Made by a program: the position numbers and the translations under genes
Part shown: positions 1 to 13,915 of the stretch, piece by piece
How positions within the stretch are numbered: position 1 is the stretch's first letter
Layout: each line of letters opens with the position of its first letter
From: Hemiscyllium ocellatum
Lineage: Eukaryota
Reading direction: 5' to 3'
Assembly (NCBI RefSeq): GCF_020745735.1
Contig: NC_083417.1
Coordinates: 15,934,001-15,998,000 of the forward strand
DNA length: 64,000 nt
Notes under the pieces: model-generated
The model's database searches: none
What the model was told of the DNA's origin: nothing
Seen by the model: the letters and a program-made list of their open reading frames with translations, nothing else

Positions 1-2090
1 TTGAGGGTTGGGACTGAGACAAGGTGGGGGGAGGGGAAATGAGGAAACTAGAGAAATCTGAGCTCATCCCTTGTGGTTGGAGGGTTCCTAGACGGAAGAT
101 GAGGCGCTCTTCCTCCAGCCGTCGTGTTGCTATGGTCCAAGGAGGAGGAGTCCAAGGACCTGCATGTCCTTGGTGGAGTGGGAGGGGGAGTTGAAGTGTT
201 GAGTCACGGGATGGTTGGGTTGGTTGGTCCGGGTGTCCCAGAGGTGTTCTCTGAAACGCTCCGCAAGTAGGCGGCCTGTCTCCCCAATATAGAGGAGGCC
301 ACATCGGGTGCAGCGGATGCAGTAAATGATGTGTGTGGACGTGCAGGTGAATTTTTGGTGGATATGGAAGGATCCCTTGGGGCCTTGGAGGGAAGTAAGG
401 GGGGAGGTGTGGGTGCAAGTTTTGCATTTCTTGCAATTGCAAGGGGAAGGTGCCGGGAGTGGAAGTTGGGTTGGTGTGGGGTGTGGACCTGACAAGGGAG
501 TCACGGAGGGAGTGGTCTTTTCGGAAGGTGGTTGGGGAGGGGAGGGAAATATATCCCTGGTGGTGGGGTCTGTTTGGAGGTGGCGGAAATGACGATGGAT
601 GTATAGAACATAGAACATTACAGCGCAGTGCAGGCCCTTCAACCCTCGATGTTGCACCGATCTGTCATACCAATCTGAAGCCCGTCCAACCTATGCTATT
701 CCATGTACGTCCATATGCTTGTCCAATGATGACTTAAATGTGCTTAAAGTTGGTGAATCTACTACTGTTGCAGGCAAAGCATTCCGTACCCTTACTACTC
801 TGAGGAAGGATGTTCTTGCTAGAGAGGGAATGCAGTGGTTGGTTCCTGGAATAACAGGACAGATATGAGAAGAAGTTGAATGAGTTAGGATATGATGTAT
901 ATGGAGGTTGGTGGGGTGGTAGGTGAGGACCAGTGGGTTCTGTCCTGGTGGCGATTGGTAGGGCGGGTTTCAAGGGCGGAGGAGGTGCGGTGGAGAGCAT
1001 CGTCGATCACGTCTGGAGGGAAATTGCAGTCTTTGAAGGAGGCCATCTGGGTTGTTCGGTATTGGAACTGGTCCTCCTGGGAGCAGATGCGGCGGAGACA
1101 AAGGAATTGGGAATTATGGGATGGCTTTTGTACAGGGGGCAGGGTGGGAGGAGATGTAGTCTAGGTAGCTGTGTGAGTCTGTCGGTTTATAGTAAATGTT
1201 CATGTTGATTCTGTCGTCCGAGATAGAAATGGAGGTCTAGGAAGGGGAGGGAGGAGTCTGAGACGGTCCAGGTAAATTTGAGGTCAGGGTAGAAGATGTT
1301 GATAAAGTGGATGAACTGTTCAACCTCCGCGTGGGAGCACGAGGCAGTGCTGATTTAGTCATTGATGTAGCGGAGGAAAAGGTGGGGGGTGGTGCCAGTG
1401 TAGCTGCGAAGATGGACTGTTCCACATATCCTACGAAGAGGCAGGCATAGCTAGGGCCCATACGGGTGCCCCTGGCTACTCCTTTGGTTTGGAGGAAGTG
1501 GGAAGATTGGAAAGAGAAGTTGTTCACAGTCGAAGGAGGGTGTCAGTGAAAGGGTACTGGTTGGTATGGCAGGAAAGGAAGAAGCAGAGGGTTTCCCAGA
1601 GAACACCTCTGGGACACCCGGACCAACCAACCTAACCACCCCGTGGCTCAACACTTCAACTCCCCCTCCCACTCCACCAAGACATGCAGGTCCTTGGACT
1701 CCTCCATCGCCAGACCATAGCAACACGACGGCTGGAGGAAGAGCGCCTCATCTTCCGCCTAGGGACCCTCCAACCACAAGGGATGAACTCCTATTTCTCC
1801 AGTTTCCTCATTTCCCCTCCCCCCACCTTGTCTCAGTCCCAACCCTCGAACTCAGCACCACCTTCCTAACCTGCAATCTTCTTCCTGACCTCTCCGCCCA
1901 CACCCCCCACTCCGGCCTATCACCCTCACCTTAACCTCCTTCCACCTATCGCATTTCCAACGCCCCTCCTCCCTACCTTTTATCTTAGCCTGCTTGGCAC
2001 ACTCTCCTCATTCCTGAAGAAGGGCTCATTCTCCTGCTCCTTGGATACTGCCTGACCTGCTGTGCTTTTCCAGCAACACATTTTCAGCTC
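1..2090 (-). mobile_element. Penelope-like retroelement (decayed), with an inverted pseudo-LTR at 1591-2090
   Basis: 1-600 (-) encodes a GIY-YIG endonuclease (IIYCIRCTRCGLLYIGETGRLLAERFREH). About 805-1590 (-) encodes PLE RT motifs (NNFSF..FLQTKGVARGTRMGPSYACLF). 1591-2090 is an inverted (+) copy of the 3' part/pLTR. A CR1 3' fragment interrupts at about 603-804. Confidence 0.9.
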
Positions 2091-3557
2091 TGGTTATTGT
2101 TTATATCAACCGCTGCGACAACGTACTGTGACAGGACTTGATTATTTTCTTTGTATGATTTAGATGTGTTGTATGCAAACATCTGTTGGTATGTGGTGAC
2201 TTCAGATAACTTAAAAAGAGGATAGAAATTCTCAAGTTACAAGTCAGCCAGCCTCACATTGCAAGCCAGATGAGGCACTGGCTGAGTGGTTGTATTGCCA
2301 GACTATATATCGAGACACCCAGGTAATGTTCTGGGGTTCAACGATGACCATGAAGCTGTTGTCAATTGTTATATAAACCCTTCTGGTTCATGCAACATGG
2401 GGAAGGAAATCTGTCCTTATCTAGTCTACATGTTACTCCAGGCCTATAGCAACATGTTGGTTTTTAACTACGTTGTGGGCAATTAGATGGGCACTAAATG
2501 CTGGCCATGGCCAGGAATGAATAAAACAGTCACTCCTCTGGTTTTGTTGGCTCCAATGTTAGATTAATATCTTTTAAAATTTGCTTAATGTGTTATTTTA
2601 AAACAAATCTCCTTTCTCAATAAGTTTATACATGACCGTCAAAAACGCCTACAGTGATTTTTATCATTTTGGCTAAACTAGTTGTGCGTGTTCTCATCAG
2701 ACACCCATCTCCATAATACAACAATGTAGGTCAATTGTAATGGAATAGGCTAGGGCCTGGCCTCCAAATGAAATAATTATCCTGGGACTCTGCTCTTGAC
2801 TTTCTGTTCAGTGGTTTATTTGAAGTGTGTGCGGCGAGGACAGGATTGTGCACTAATATGATGGATACTCACTTCACACACAAGATGAATCTGGGTGATT
2901 TTAGGTACAGTAGGCTTAATTAAATTATCCAGGGATGATTCAGCATGTTGTGGGGGAAGTGAAAGATTAGCTGTTTCATTTCAGAGGACAAATAAACTTT
3001 CCTGCTGTAATTTAGCAGGAACTTTGGAGAAATGGTGTAACTTCTATCCCAGGTGGTCAATTCCCTTAGTGAAGGGGAAATTATTTTGGTTATTGAATCT
3101 TATACCAGGTAAATAGTTAGTTGAAGTATTTTGTTTGCTATTACAGTTTTCATCTGAAGCAAAAATTAAATCATGTGACACGAGACAATGCATTTTGGAT
3201 ATTATAATTTGAGACCTGTAGGTGCAGTTGTATAACAATATGTAAGGTTCTGCCATACTAGATTCATTTTACTTAAGTTATAGAAGCATTTATCACTGTA
3301 AGTGAATATAGCTATCCCAAATACATCTTTGTTTTCTAATCACCATAATGAATTATTATAACATTGTTAATTCTGGATTGCTACTTCCGTTCCCTGTGAC
3401 ATCACAATAAACCTTCCAATCTAGGTGTGGCATCTGCAGAATGGTCTGTACTGAGTTAGTTTATCTCAGCCAAGGTAGCAGGAGAGGCACTCTGATCAAT
3501 CTTGATAACCACTAGCCCTAGTATTGGGGAGGGCAAAGAGGAGAAATCTTGATAAGA

Positions 3558-4565
3558 CTATAAAAATTTATGTGACAGTATGGAGATTGGTATGGTAGTT
3601 CCAGATAACGGTGGTGGTCCTGGCTGTGGAATCACTGGGAGAATATCTCTTTCTGCGACATTCCTTTGTTTTATTCTGTTTGGATGTATATTAATTGGAG
3701 TACCATGACTATAAGTAGATTTACTGAAGTTAACTTGCTTATAGTTCTTTGTGTGGTGTTTTGTTATTTTGGAGGGTTGTACTCTAATGCTGTGGCACTC
3801 CATTATTTTGGAGGCTGGAACACCGTTGATGGCCAGGTTCTGGTGGCCTTGCATCAAAGAATATTGCCAACACCAATGATTCATGGTGCTCAGGAAGGGA
3901 ATCCTTGTAAATCGCACAGGAGCAGAATTTCCAGCCTTTGGGATTTTGCTAACCTGTAACATTGCCATATTATAAGCATGGGCCCTAATGCACAAACTGT
4001 CTTTACTGTTATTGTGCTTCGACACTACACTCACAGTTTGCAGATCTCGGTTGCCATTTTGTACGCCCAAACAAAATGTTCTCCCTGTTTTGAAACCTGA
4101 GACAAATGTTTCGTCACCATTGGCCATTTTTACAGGCGGCAGCACACTGAAATGCTTTGTTGCTGGTGTCTGGTCAGGTTCTGTATTGATAATTTCACAC
4201 TCTATTTCCTGAGGTGAGTTAACTTCAGTCTCTTTCTTGGTGTCTTGGACATGAAGTTCTGGAGTCCGTTTAGTAGTTTGACTCTCTGAAACCACAGAGC
4301 CGGACAGCTGCAACTTGGTTTGTGAAACAGGAGATGTTCGCTCTGTAGAGGAGTTGGTATTCCTCTCTGTGAAATTGGACACTATTGTACTGCTTGGTGA
4401 TTTGGACAAAAGGCTAAAATGCTCAATGTTTTGAAAGGCTTTCCTTTCTGGGACGGGCACCATTTCTGCACAGAACACACAGTGGCTTCCATTCCTGTCG
4501 TCCTTTCGTGATTTCTTTGACTTCTTATGAAGGAAGTAGGAGTTATCCCTTCTCCAGCCATGCAC
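3558..4565 (-). CDS. C16orf46: C16orf46 homologue, last coding exon
   Basis: Open 335-codon exon after the acceptor ttccttgttttatag|GTG. It joins the upstream exon in phase 0 to give GWDDA|VHGW (human GWEEAVQGW). Other shared motifs: KKSR..HCVFC, VLPPVK, HWCWQYSLM and the C-terminus PISILSHKFL* (human IPVSTHRIL*). Confidence 0.85.
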   Translation of the reverse strand: MHGWRRDNSYFLHKKSKKSRKDDRNGSHCVFCAEMVPVPERKAFQNIEHFSLLSKSPSSTIVSNFTERNTNSSTERTSPVSQTKLQLSGSVVSESQTTKRTPELHVQDTKKETEVNSPQEIECEIINTEPDQTPATKHFSVLPPVKMANGDETFVSGFKTGRTFCLGVQNGNRDLQTVSVVSKHNNSKDSLCIRAHAYNMAMLQVSKIPKAGNSAPVRFTRIPFLSTMNHWCWQYSLMQGHQNLAINGVPASKIMECHSIRVQPSKITKHHTKNYKQVNFSKSTYSHGTPINIHPNRIKQRNVAERDILPVIPQPGPPPLSGTTIPISILSHKFL

Positions 4566-5783
4566 CTATAAAACAAGGAAACCTTTTTAAAATTATACTG
4601 AAGTGCTAAATGACTGGCCTTCAGAAAAATATTATTCTTCATATTTCATTTCATATTATAGACAAGAATGTCTAGTTGTCTAACCGTTATTCGAAGCAGC
4701 TATGTAATGAAATTGATGTCAAACTTACCAACATACTTCTGAAACTAAATTCTGATTAAACAGCAGAACTCAATTTTTTTCCACTTTAATACAATCAAGT
4801 CTTTAATGTCTTTGCCATACAGCATGGAAACACACCCTTTAGTCCAACCTGTCAGTGCCGAACATAATCCCAAACTAAACTAGTCCCACATACCTGCTCC
4901 TGGCTCATGTCCCTCCAAACCATTCCTATTCATGTACTTACCAATAAGGACAAATAATTAACAGAATAATGTCACATAGCGGGGCATTAGCCTTGGTCCT
5001 TAGCCTGAGCCAACTAGACTTTATAAACAGGAAAATGCATTGAGTGAGAAAAAAATGATCGATTTTCAACTAGGATTTTTTTTCATTGGAGGGTCAGAGG
5101 CTGAGGAGTGGCCTTTATAGAAACTTATAAAATTGTGAAAAGGATATATATGGTAAATAGCTGAGGTCTTTTCCGAGGGTGGGAGAGTCCAAACTACTGG
5201 CATAGGTTTAAGTTCAGGAGAAAGATTTAAAAGGGACCTGAAAGGCAACTTTTTCAGAGGTGGTGCGGGTATGGAATAAGCTGTCAGTGGAAGTGGTAGA
5301 TGCAGGTACAATCACAACATTTTAAGAGACATTTTGACAGATACATGAAAGGAAAGGGTTACAGGATATGGGCCAAACACAGACAAAAGGGACTAGTTAC
5401 ACTTCGGATACCTGATCAGCATGGACAAGTTCGACTCATCTGTTATTGTTCTGTAAGACTGTGACTCGATGATGAATTCTACTGTCTGCCATGGCAGTAT
5501 TCGAACCCAGAACATAAGCCGAGTTTCTGTACTTATAATCTAGTGACAATACCACCAAGCCATTCCCTCCCCTTCACATAGCTAATTTCAGACCATAAGT
5601 AGGGAAAAAAACTAATCTCCCCTCCTGGTTCTTTTGCTAATTACTTTAAATGCAGCAGAAGCAAAATGTAAGTTTAATGGAGTAGGTGTATAAAGTTTCA
5701 ATAAAAAGTCCATTTGAAAAATAGCCTTAAGACATTAAAACAATTAGACAGCTATCTGTAAAAATGGGCATTTTTAAAATTAA

Positions 5784-5950
5784 CTAAGAGAAAGTGAGGA
5801 CTGCAGATGCTGGAGATCAGAGCTGAAAATGTGTTGCTTGAAAAGCGCAGCAGGTCAGGCAGCATCCAAGGAGCAGGAGAAGGGCTCATGCCCGAAACGT
5901 CGATTCTCCTGCTTCTTGGATGCTGCCTGACCTGCTGCGCTTTTTCAGCA
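5784..5950. mobile_element. Fold-back PLE pLTR mini-element, family A
   Basis: Inverted pLTR halves flanked by a 16-bp duplication, gcatttttaaaattaa (5768-5783 and 5948-5963). Confidence 0.8.
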
Positions 5951-7044
5951 TTTTTAAAATTAATCCTAATTTATCGTGTAATTCAGATATACAAGTTCTT
6001 AGCCAATAATTGTAGAAAAATGAACAACCCTGTGTAATTATCAAAAAATAATAAAAGGAATAAATTAAAAAATTTTACACTCACTATGCCATTACAGCTA
6101 AATATGCACTTGCATTTTGAAGAGAGACTGGATCTGTGAGGACTATACTCACTGAAGTTTAGAAAAATGAGAGAAGGGGGTATCTCCTAGGAACTTATAA
6201 ACTTATAACAGGACGAGACGGTAAATGCAGAAGAATGTTCCTGATGATTGAAGAGTGCAGAACCAGGTCTCATGATCCAAGAACATGGGGTAGGCTATTT
6301 AGGAGTGAGATGAGGAAAAACGGCTTCATCCAGAGAGCAGTAAGCCTATGGAATTTTCTCCCACAAAAAGCAGTTGAAGTCAAAACATTGCATGTTTTCA
6401 AGAAGGAAATAGTTTTTAGGGTTAAAGGGATCAAAGGATTTGGAGGAACAAAAAGGACATTTAGATGATCTTCTGTGATTGTAGAGGAGGCAATGCCCTA
6501 ATGGTATTATCACTAGATAATTAATCCAGAAACTCAACTAATGTTCTAGGGAGCTGGGTTCAAATCTTGCCAGGGTAGAAGATGAATTCAATAAAGAATC
6601 TGGAATTAAGGCACTAATGATGACTATTGCTGACTGTTCAAAAAACCCATCCAGTTTGCTCATGTCCTTTTTGGGAAGGAAATGGTCATCCTTACCCACA
6701 TTGCTTTAGGTTTGGAGTCACATGAAGGCCAGATCAGGTAAGGATGAAGGATATTAATGAGGCAGATTCTGACAATCAGCGATGGTATCATAGTCATCAA
6801 AAGACTCTTCATTCCAGATTTATAATTCTAGTCATCTGCTGTAGGAATGATGTTGTTAATTTAGACAAGGTACAGAAATAAAACTTACAAGGATGTTGTT
6901 GAGTCTGGAGGGTTTGAGTTAAGAGAACAGGGAAGGACTTTTTCCCTGGAGTGTCAGAGGCTGAGAGGTGAAATTATAAAATCATGAAGAGTATAGATAA
7001 GGTGAATAGCTAAGGTCTTTTGCCTATGGGCATAGGTTTAAGTT

Positions 7045-7575
7045 GAAAAGTGTGGTGCTAAAAAAAACACAAAAGGTCAGATAGCATCCGAGGAGCATTT
7101 CGGGCATAAGGCCTTCATCATGAATGTGCAGTGAGGGAAAGGGGGCTGAGAGTTAAATAGGAGGGTGAGGGTGTTGGGAAGGTGATAGCTGGATGCAGGT
7201 TGTGGTGATGGTGATAGGTCGGAGGGGAGGAGAGAGTGGATAGGTGGGAAGGAAGATAGACAGATTGGACAGTTCAAGAGTGGGGTGCTAAGCCAGAAGA
7301 GATGTTCTTCCTCCGGTCGTCAGGTAGCTAGGATTTGGCGGTGGAGGAGTCTCGGAACTTGTTTGTCCTTGGCAGAGTGGGAGGGAGTGTTGAAGTGGTC
7401 GATCACAGGGCGGTGGAGTTGTTTGGCACGTGTCCCAGAGATGTTCCCCGAACATTCTGCGAGTTGGCATCCTGCCTCCCCACTGTAGAGGAGAATACAT
7501 TGAGAGCAATGAACACAGAAGGTGAGGTGTTTGGATGTGCAGGAAAATCTGCCAGATGTGAAAAGGTCCTTGGTG
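7045..7575 (-). mobile_element. Penelope-like element 3' fragment
   Basis: Decayed GIY-YIG region (FGEHLWDT) and a pLTR with a mutated hammerhead core. Confidence 0.75.
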
Positions 7576-7859
7576 GCATAGGTTTAAGTGGTCCACATGT
7601 GACTCCCACAGCAATGTGGTTAACTCTTGACTGTACCCTGGGCAATTAGGGATGGACAAAAACTACAGGCGTGGCCACAGTTGCCTACATCTCCTGAATG
7701 AATTTTTAAAAAGATGGTGAAGCAGCCTTGGGGGACTGAATGGCCTATTCCTGCTCCAGTTTTCTGTTTCTATGTAAAGTTGAAATATTTGACACAAGCT
7801 ATAAATGCCAATATTTCTGACTTCCTTTGTACCAGTGGCAGTGAACCCTTAAAATGCCA

Positions 7860-10225
7860 AGGCACAGTAGATTATGGATCAAGTGCAGGTAAATAGGATT
7901 AGTCTAGAAATCAGAATGGTGTCTTCCCTCCCTGGTGCCAGGATCAAGAATATCTTGGACAGAGTGTAGAATAATCTCAAAGGGGACAGGGACCAGCAGG
8001 AGGTGGTTGTACACGTTGGAGCTAATGACATAGGAAGGGAAGAGATTTTGAAGGGAGAATATAGGAAGGAATTTAAAAAGGATGTCCTAGAGGGTAGTAA
8101 TATCTGGATTACTCTCAGTCCTACGAGGTAGTGAGTTTGGAATAGGAGGATAGAGCAGATGAATGTGTGGCTGAGGAGCTGGTGCAGGGGAGAAGGGTTC
8201 ACATTTTTGGATTATTGAAATCTTTTCTGTGGTAGAAGTGACCAGTATAAGGTTGGATTGCACCTATACTGGCAGGGAGATTTTCTGGAGCTGCTCGGGA
8301 GGATTTAACTAATAAAGTGGGAGGTGGGACTCAGGGAGATAATGAGGAAAGAGATCAGTCTGAGGCTGGTCCAATGATTTTAATTTCCAAACATAGATTG
8401 GGACTGCCAGAGTGTTCAGGGATTAGATAGAGAGGAATTTAAGCATGTACAAGAAAATTTTCTGATTCAGTATGTGGATGTACCTACCAGAAAAGGTGCA
8501 AAACTTGACCTACTGTTAGGAAATAAGGCAAGGCAGGTGACTGAGGTGTCAGTGGGGGAGCACTTTGGGGCCAGTGACCATAATTTTGTTTGTTTTAAAA
8601 TAGTAATGGAAAAGGATAGACCAGATCTAAGAGTTGATGTTCTAAATTGGACAGTATTAGTAGGAACTTTCAAATGTTGTTTGGGGAGGGCAGATGTTCG
8701 CAGATAAAGGGAACCGGAAAATGGGAAGTCTTTAAAAATGAGATAATGAGAGGCCAGAGACAATGTTCCTGTTAGGGTAAAAGACAAGGCTGATAGGTGT
8801 ACGGAATGCCGGATGGCTAGAGAAAATGAGGTTTCGGTCAAGAAAAAAAAGAAGCAGATGTCAGATCTGGACAGAAGACATCGAGTGAACCCTTCGAGCA
8901 TAAAGGCAGTAGGAGTACACTTGAGAGAAATCAGGAGGACAAAAAGGGGACATGAAATAGCTTTGGCAAATAGAATTAAGGAGAATCCAAAGGGTTTTTA
9001 CAAATACATTAAGGACAAAAGGTAACTAGGGAGAGAATAGGGCCCCTCAAAGATCAGCAAGGCTGCCTTTGTGTGGAACTGCAGGAGATGGGGGAGATAC
9101 TAAACGAGTATTTTTCATCAGTATTTCATGTGGAAAAGGATATGGAAGATACAGAAAGTAGGTAAATAGATGGTGACACCTTGCAACATGTCCATATTTC
9201 AGGGAAGGAAGTGCTGGGTATCTTGAAACGCATAAATGTGGATAAATCCCTAGGACCTGATCAGGTGTACTCTAGAACTCAGTGAGAGGCTAGAGAAGTG
9301 TTTGCTGGGCCTCTTACTGAGATATTTGTAACATTGATAGTCATAGGTGAGATGCTGTAAGACTGGAGGTTGGCAAACGTGGTGCCACTGTTTAAGAAAG
9401 GTGGTAAGGACAAGCCAGGGAACTATAGACCGGTGAGCCTGATGCCAGTGGTGGGCAAGTTGTTGCAGGGAATCCTGAGGGACAGGATGTACATGTATTT
9501 GGAAAAGAAAGGACTAATTAGGGATAGTCAACATGGCTTTGTGCACGGGAAATCATGTCTCACAAACTTGATTGAGTTTTTTGAAGAAGTAACAAAAAGC
9601 ATTGATGAGGGCAGAGCGGTAGATGTGATCTATACAGACTTTAGTGGTTAGAGCACTGAGTCTAGGAGTTGGGAGGTCATGTTGTGACTGAACAGGACAT
9701 TGGTTAGGCCAATTTTGGAATATTGTGTGCAATTCTGGTCTCTCCCTGATGGGAAGGATGTTGTGAAACTTTGAAATTGTTCAGAAAATATTGAGGATGT
9801 TGCCGCGGTTGGAGGGTTTGAACTATACGGAGAGGCTGGATAGGCTGGGGCTGTTTTCCTGGAACTAAGGGTTGACCTTTGAGAGCTGCATGGATAAGGT
9901 AAATAGACAAGGTCTTTTCCCTGGGATGGGGGGAGTACAGAGCTGTAGGGCACAGGTTTAGCGTGAGAGGGGAAGGATTTAAAAGGAACCTCTGAGGCAA
10001 CTTATTCATGCAGAGGGTGGTGTGTGTATGGAATGAGCTGCCAGAGGAAGTGGTGGAGGCTGATATAATTACAACATTTAAAAGGTATCTGGTTGGGTAT
10101 ATGAATAGGAAGGGTTAGAAGGCCAAGTGCTCGTAATGGGATGAGATTAATTTAGGATATCTGGTCAGTATGGGCGAGTTGGACCAAAGGATCTGTTTCC
10201 ATGCTGTACATCTCTATGATTCTAG
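7860..10225 (+). mobile_element. CR1/HER1-type LINE, decayed and internally deleted
   Basis: ORF1 esterase remnant (VVVHVGANDIG), endonuclease (PTRKGAKLDLLLGN, SDHN), RT (NYRPVSL, SQHGFVHGKSCLTNL) and a CR1 3' tail ending ctctatgattcta. Confidence 0.9.
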
Positions 10226-13200
10226 TTTCTCTGACCACAACATAAGTTGTTAAATAGAGTTTTTTATAAATGGAATATTTATAACACAGGTGAATACTGT
10301 CACATAGTGAGAATATCACTGGGTTTGTAATTTGGAGGACCAGGCTTCTGTTCTTGGTATATGGGTTCAAATCTCATCACCTACAAAACCACCACAAATT
10401 ATCACCTGTGTCAAAATTCCATCTTGTTCATACTGCCTTTGTGTGATCCCAGATCCATTATAAAGTAACTGATTCATAACTGTTCTCTGACATGACCAAC
10501 AAGCTTAGTTCACAGGAAATGAGGGATGAGCACACATGCTGGCCCATCCAACATCACCCAAATCCGATCAGGGAATAAAGTTTAAAAATTATGCTCTTAA
10601 GCCAAATCTCTACAAAATATGCATCACAAGTATGCCTGTGGTAGACCCATGCATTACATTCTGTTGAGCAACAAAAGGAATTCTACTTAGATATGCATTT
10701 TAATATCACTAGAGCTATTTCATTTTTATTAAAACTTGAGTTTTGAGTTACCATTGTACTGTCTGTGAAGTTAAAACACTGCCTTGTGATGTTGATCACA
10801 TTGCACACTATTTTACAAAGCTTGGGAGTCAGAAAATTTTTTTTTGTAATATCATTTTTACATGAATCATTTCAAAGCTGATGGTGAATGGCAATGTAGA
10901 ATGGTACTGCCACACACTAGCCATTACAAGAGAAACCTTGCCTAAGACTGACTGCATTTGAAACATTATCCCTATCGTATAGAACTTAAACTGTGCTTTA
11001 ATTCTAAGTATTCTTGCACTTTGCTCCTAACTCATCCCTCTTACTCTGTCAAAATCATGTTGTATATTCATAAGATGACATTTAATGTTATCAAACAAAT
11101 TTATTTCATGATGTTGTTGTTATACATATCATGTAACATATTGTTTCATAAAAATTCAGAAGTACATTTTTTTTGGTCAACATTTACTGAGCAAGCGTAG
11201 AAAAGGATATGCAGCTGTGATTTTACTGAATGGCAAAACAGGCTTAATGGGCTGAAAGGCTTGTTCATGTTCCTATGTCCTGCTTTGTCATCAGTTGAAT
11301 GACTATGAGAAATTGGAGAGACAGTCACTGCAGTAAAATTTATGTTCCTTTTCTGACTGACTCTCTTGACTGGCTAAGTGCAGCATAGGCAATTTATTAA
11401 GTATCAGTTTATACTCTTGCTGTGGACATGTTGCAGTTATGGGGAATTGGATAAGCAAATGAAGAGGAAAAGACTTTGCTGGGTAATGGATAAAGGACAG
11501 TGAAGTAGGACTAGCAGAGTTTCTCTTGCAGGAACACTCCATTGATGGGGAGCTGAATGGTTGCCCCCTGTACTGTAACCAGGTTTTCAAAAATATGTAT
11601 AATGTTCCCACACAGGCTACGTGTGAACTTGAGCCCTCTGGCCCCTCCACCAGAATGTTCTATGTTAAAAATGGACACATTTTACAACTTGCAGTAGCGA
11701 GCTTTTTAAAATGCTCTTTGTTCCATTAGCTTGGAACAGGGTAGACCTGAACAGCCAACTGGAGTTTCTTTTTTGTCTGGCTGTTACACCTGATGACGTG
11801 AACAGTTACAGTGAAAGCACACCAACATTTGTACCCAATAATACATTTTGCAGTAAATGTGTCATGCTCATATTCCATATCATTTGACTTGCTGTGAGCA
11901 ACATCATGAGGGATCTGAGAGTAATACTCAAAAATCTACTTCTGTATATGTGTGCCAATATCACACCATGTATGAAAAATGAACTTAAAATGATGTTGCT
12001 GCTCAACCATACCTTTAAAGAAGTGGCATATTTTTCACAATTCCCTGATCATCTGTTCATTATGCTGAGTGACTCCAGCTCCATTTGCTTCAGTTATTAC
12101 ACTTTGTGACTACAAAGCACTTAAGTCAATACTTTGACAGTCATCACTTTTAATTCCTCCCATCTTGATGTGTTCCCATTGTGGATTTGGCTCATGTTCA
12201 CAGATCACAGTGAAAATGCAGAACTTGAATATCACTGCAAAAATTAAAATGCTTTTGAAGCTTTTCGTCAGGACAAATGTAAGATGTAAAATTTCAAAGG
12301 GAATAATTTACATGGCATGGGAAAAATATGCTGTTAGTTGTTCGCTTTGAAATTTGGTGTTCTTGCACCTACCCTAATGAGTACAAGATGAAAAGCTTCA
12401 ACAGCATGTCTTTCTTTCAGTAACACATTAAAAGCTGATGCACAATCAGGTACTTGGAAATAATAACACTAAAGTAAGGACATTGTACTTCCGTTGGACA
12501 GTGCCTTGGTTAGACATCATCTGGAGTATTGAGCTTAATATTGTAGAAACACCCTCCAGGAAGGATATAGTGGCCTTGACAGGGACACAGCAAATCTTCA
12601 TCACAGCAATACAAAAGCAAAATAACCTGAACTCTGAAATATAGAGAAAACTGGAAACCAAGGTAGGGTTTCAGGTAGAAATAACTTTTTATCAATGTTA
12701 ATATTTCAGTTTGATGCTCTCGCTCACTCTCGCTCCAGATGCAATTTCACCAAATATTATAGCAACTAAGAGGTTAAATTATGAAAACAGGATGCGTAAA
12801 GATGGTCTGTGTTCCCTAAATGATTGAGGGGTGATTTAATTGCTATCTTTGAAATGATTGTTTTGAAAAACATTTTAAACACCTCCTCTGGGCCAATCCA
12901 GGTTGAGGAAGCATTACCAAATTTGAGCTGAACCATTCAAGAGTAAAATCAGGGAGCATTTTATGCTCAAGGATCGTGAAAATCTGAATACCTCTATCTC
13001 TGGAAGGCTGTGGATAGTGCATCAAAATGAATTATGACGATTGATACAGAACGTGTTTTGTTACTTGAGAATAAAGGCACATAGAGAAAAAGTTAGTAAA
13101 CAGATGTGCAGATCAGACATGGTCAGGCCTGAAGGGAATGGCTACCTCCTGTTGGGGGTAGAGAACTGAGCCTTCAATTTCAGAAAGCTACTATTTCTGC

Positions 13201-13622
13201 AGGTCTGACCAACATGTTTAAAGTCTTGCAAGCTAGACTGTTCCTGTGTGTAATTATTTGATTGAGAAGATTTATGGAGAATCGAGAGGTGCTAATACGT
13301 TACCAATGTAATTTAGATGTCATGAACTTTGGATTTTACAATGGGTCATCGGTCTTTGCAATTAGGTGGCAGATTCATTGCAGGTATTTAAAAGGGTGCT
13401 GGATGTCTTTCAGTCAATGATTGATATCACAGCCTATGAAGGTAGGTAAGATATGTCACTGGCGAGTTCTTGGTTACCTGTCTATTAGAACTTGATCTGA
13501 TTTGCTGGTTAAACCATGAATTGAATTCTGGCTTTTTTTTCTTACTACTTATGCCTTTGCCTGGAGCTAACATAGCTAATTGACAGATGGGGAGCATTAG
13601 CCTCTCATTTCCCAGTTAAAAT

Positions 13623-13915
13623 GGGTGGCACAGTGGTTAGCACTGCTGCCTCAGCGCCAGAGACCCAGGTTCATTTCCCGCCTCAGGCAACTCTCTGTGT
13701 GGAGTTTGCACATTCTTCCCGTGTCTCCGTGGGTTTTCTCCGGGTGCTCCAGTTTCCTCCCACAGGTTAGGTGAATTGGTCATGCTAAATTGCCCATAGT
13801 GTTAGGTGAAGGGGTAAGTGTAGGGGAATAGGTCTAGATGGGTTGCGAATCGGCGGGTCGGTGTGGACTTGTTGGGCTGAAGGGCCTGTTTCCACACTGT
13901 AAGTAATCTAATCTA
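13623..13915 (+). mobile_element. HE1 V-SINE
   Basis: tRNA-like head (gtggcacagtggttagcactgctgcc), V-domain (tgtgtggagtttgcacattct...) and tail cctgtttccacactgtaagtaatctaatcta. Confidence 0.9.

Noticed and set aside
130-657. Intact or domesticated GIY-YIG nuclease gene
   Set aside because: Part of a frameshifted PLE interrupted by a CR1 fragment. The apparent start codon comes from that insert.
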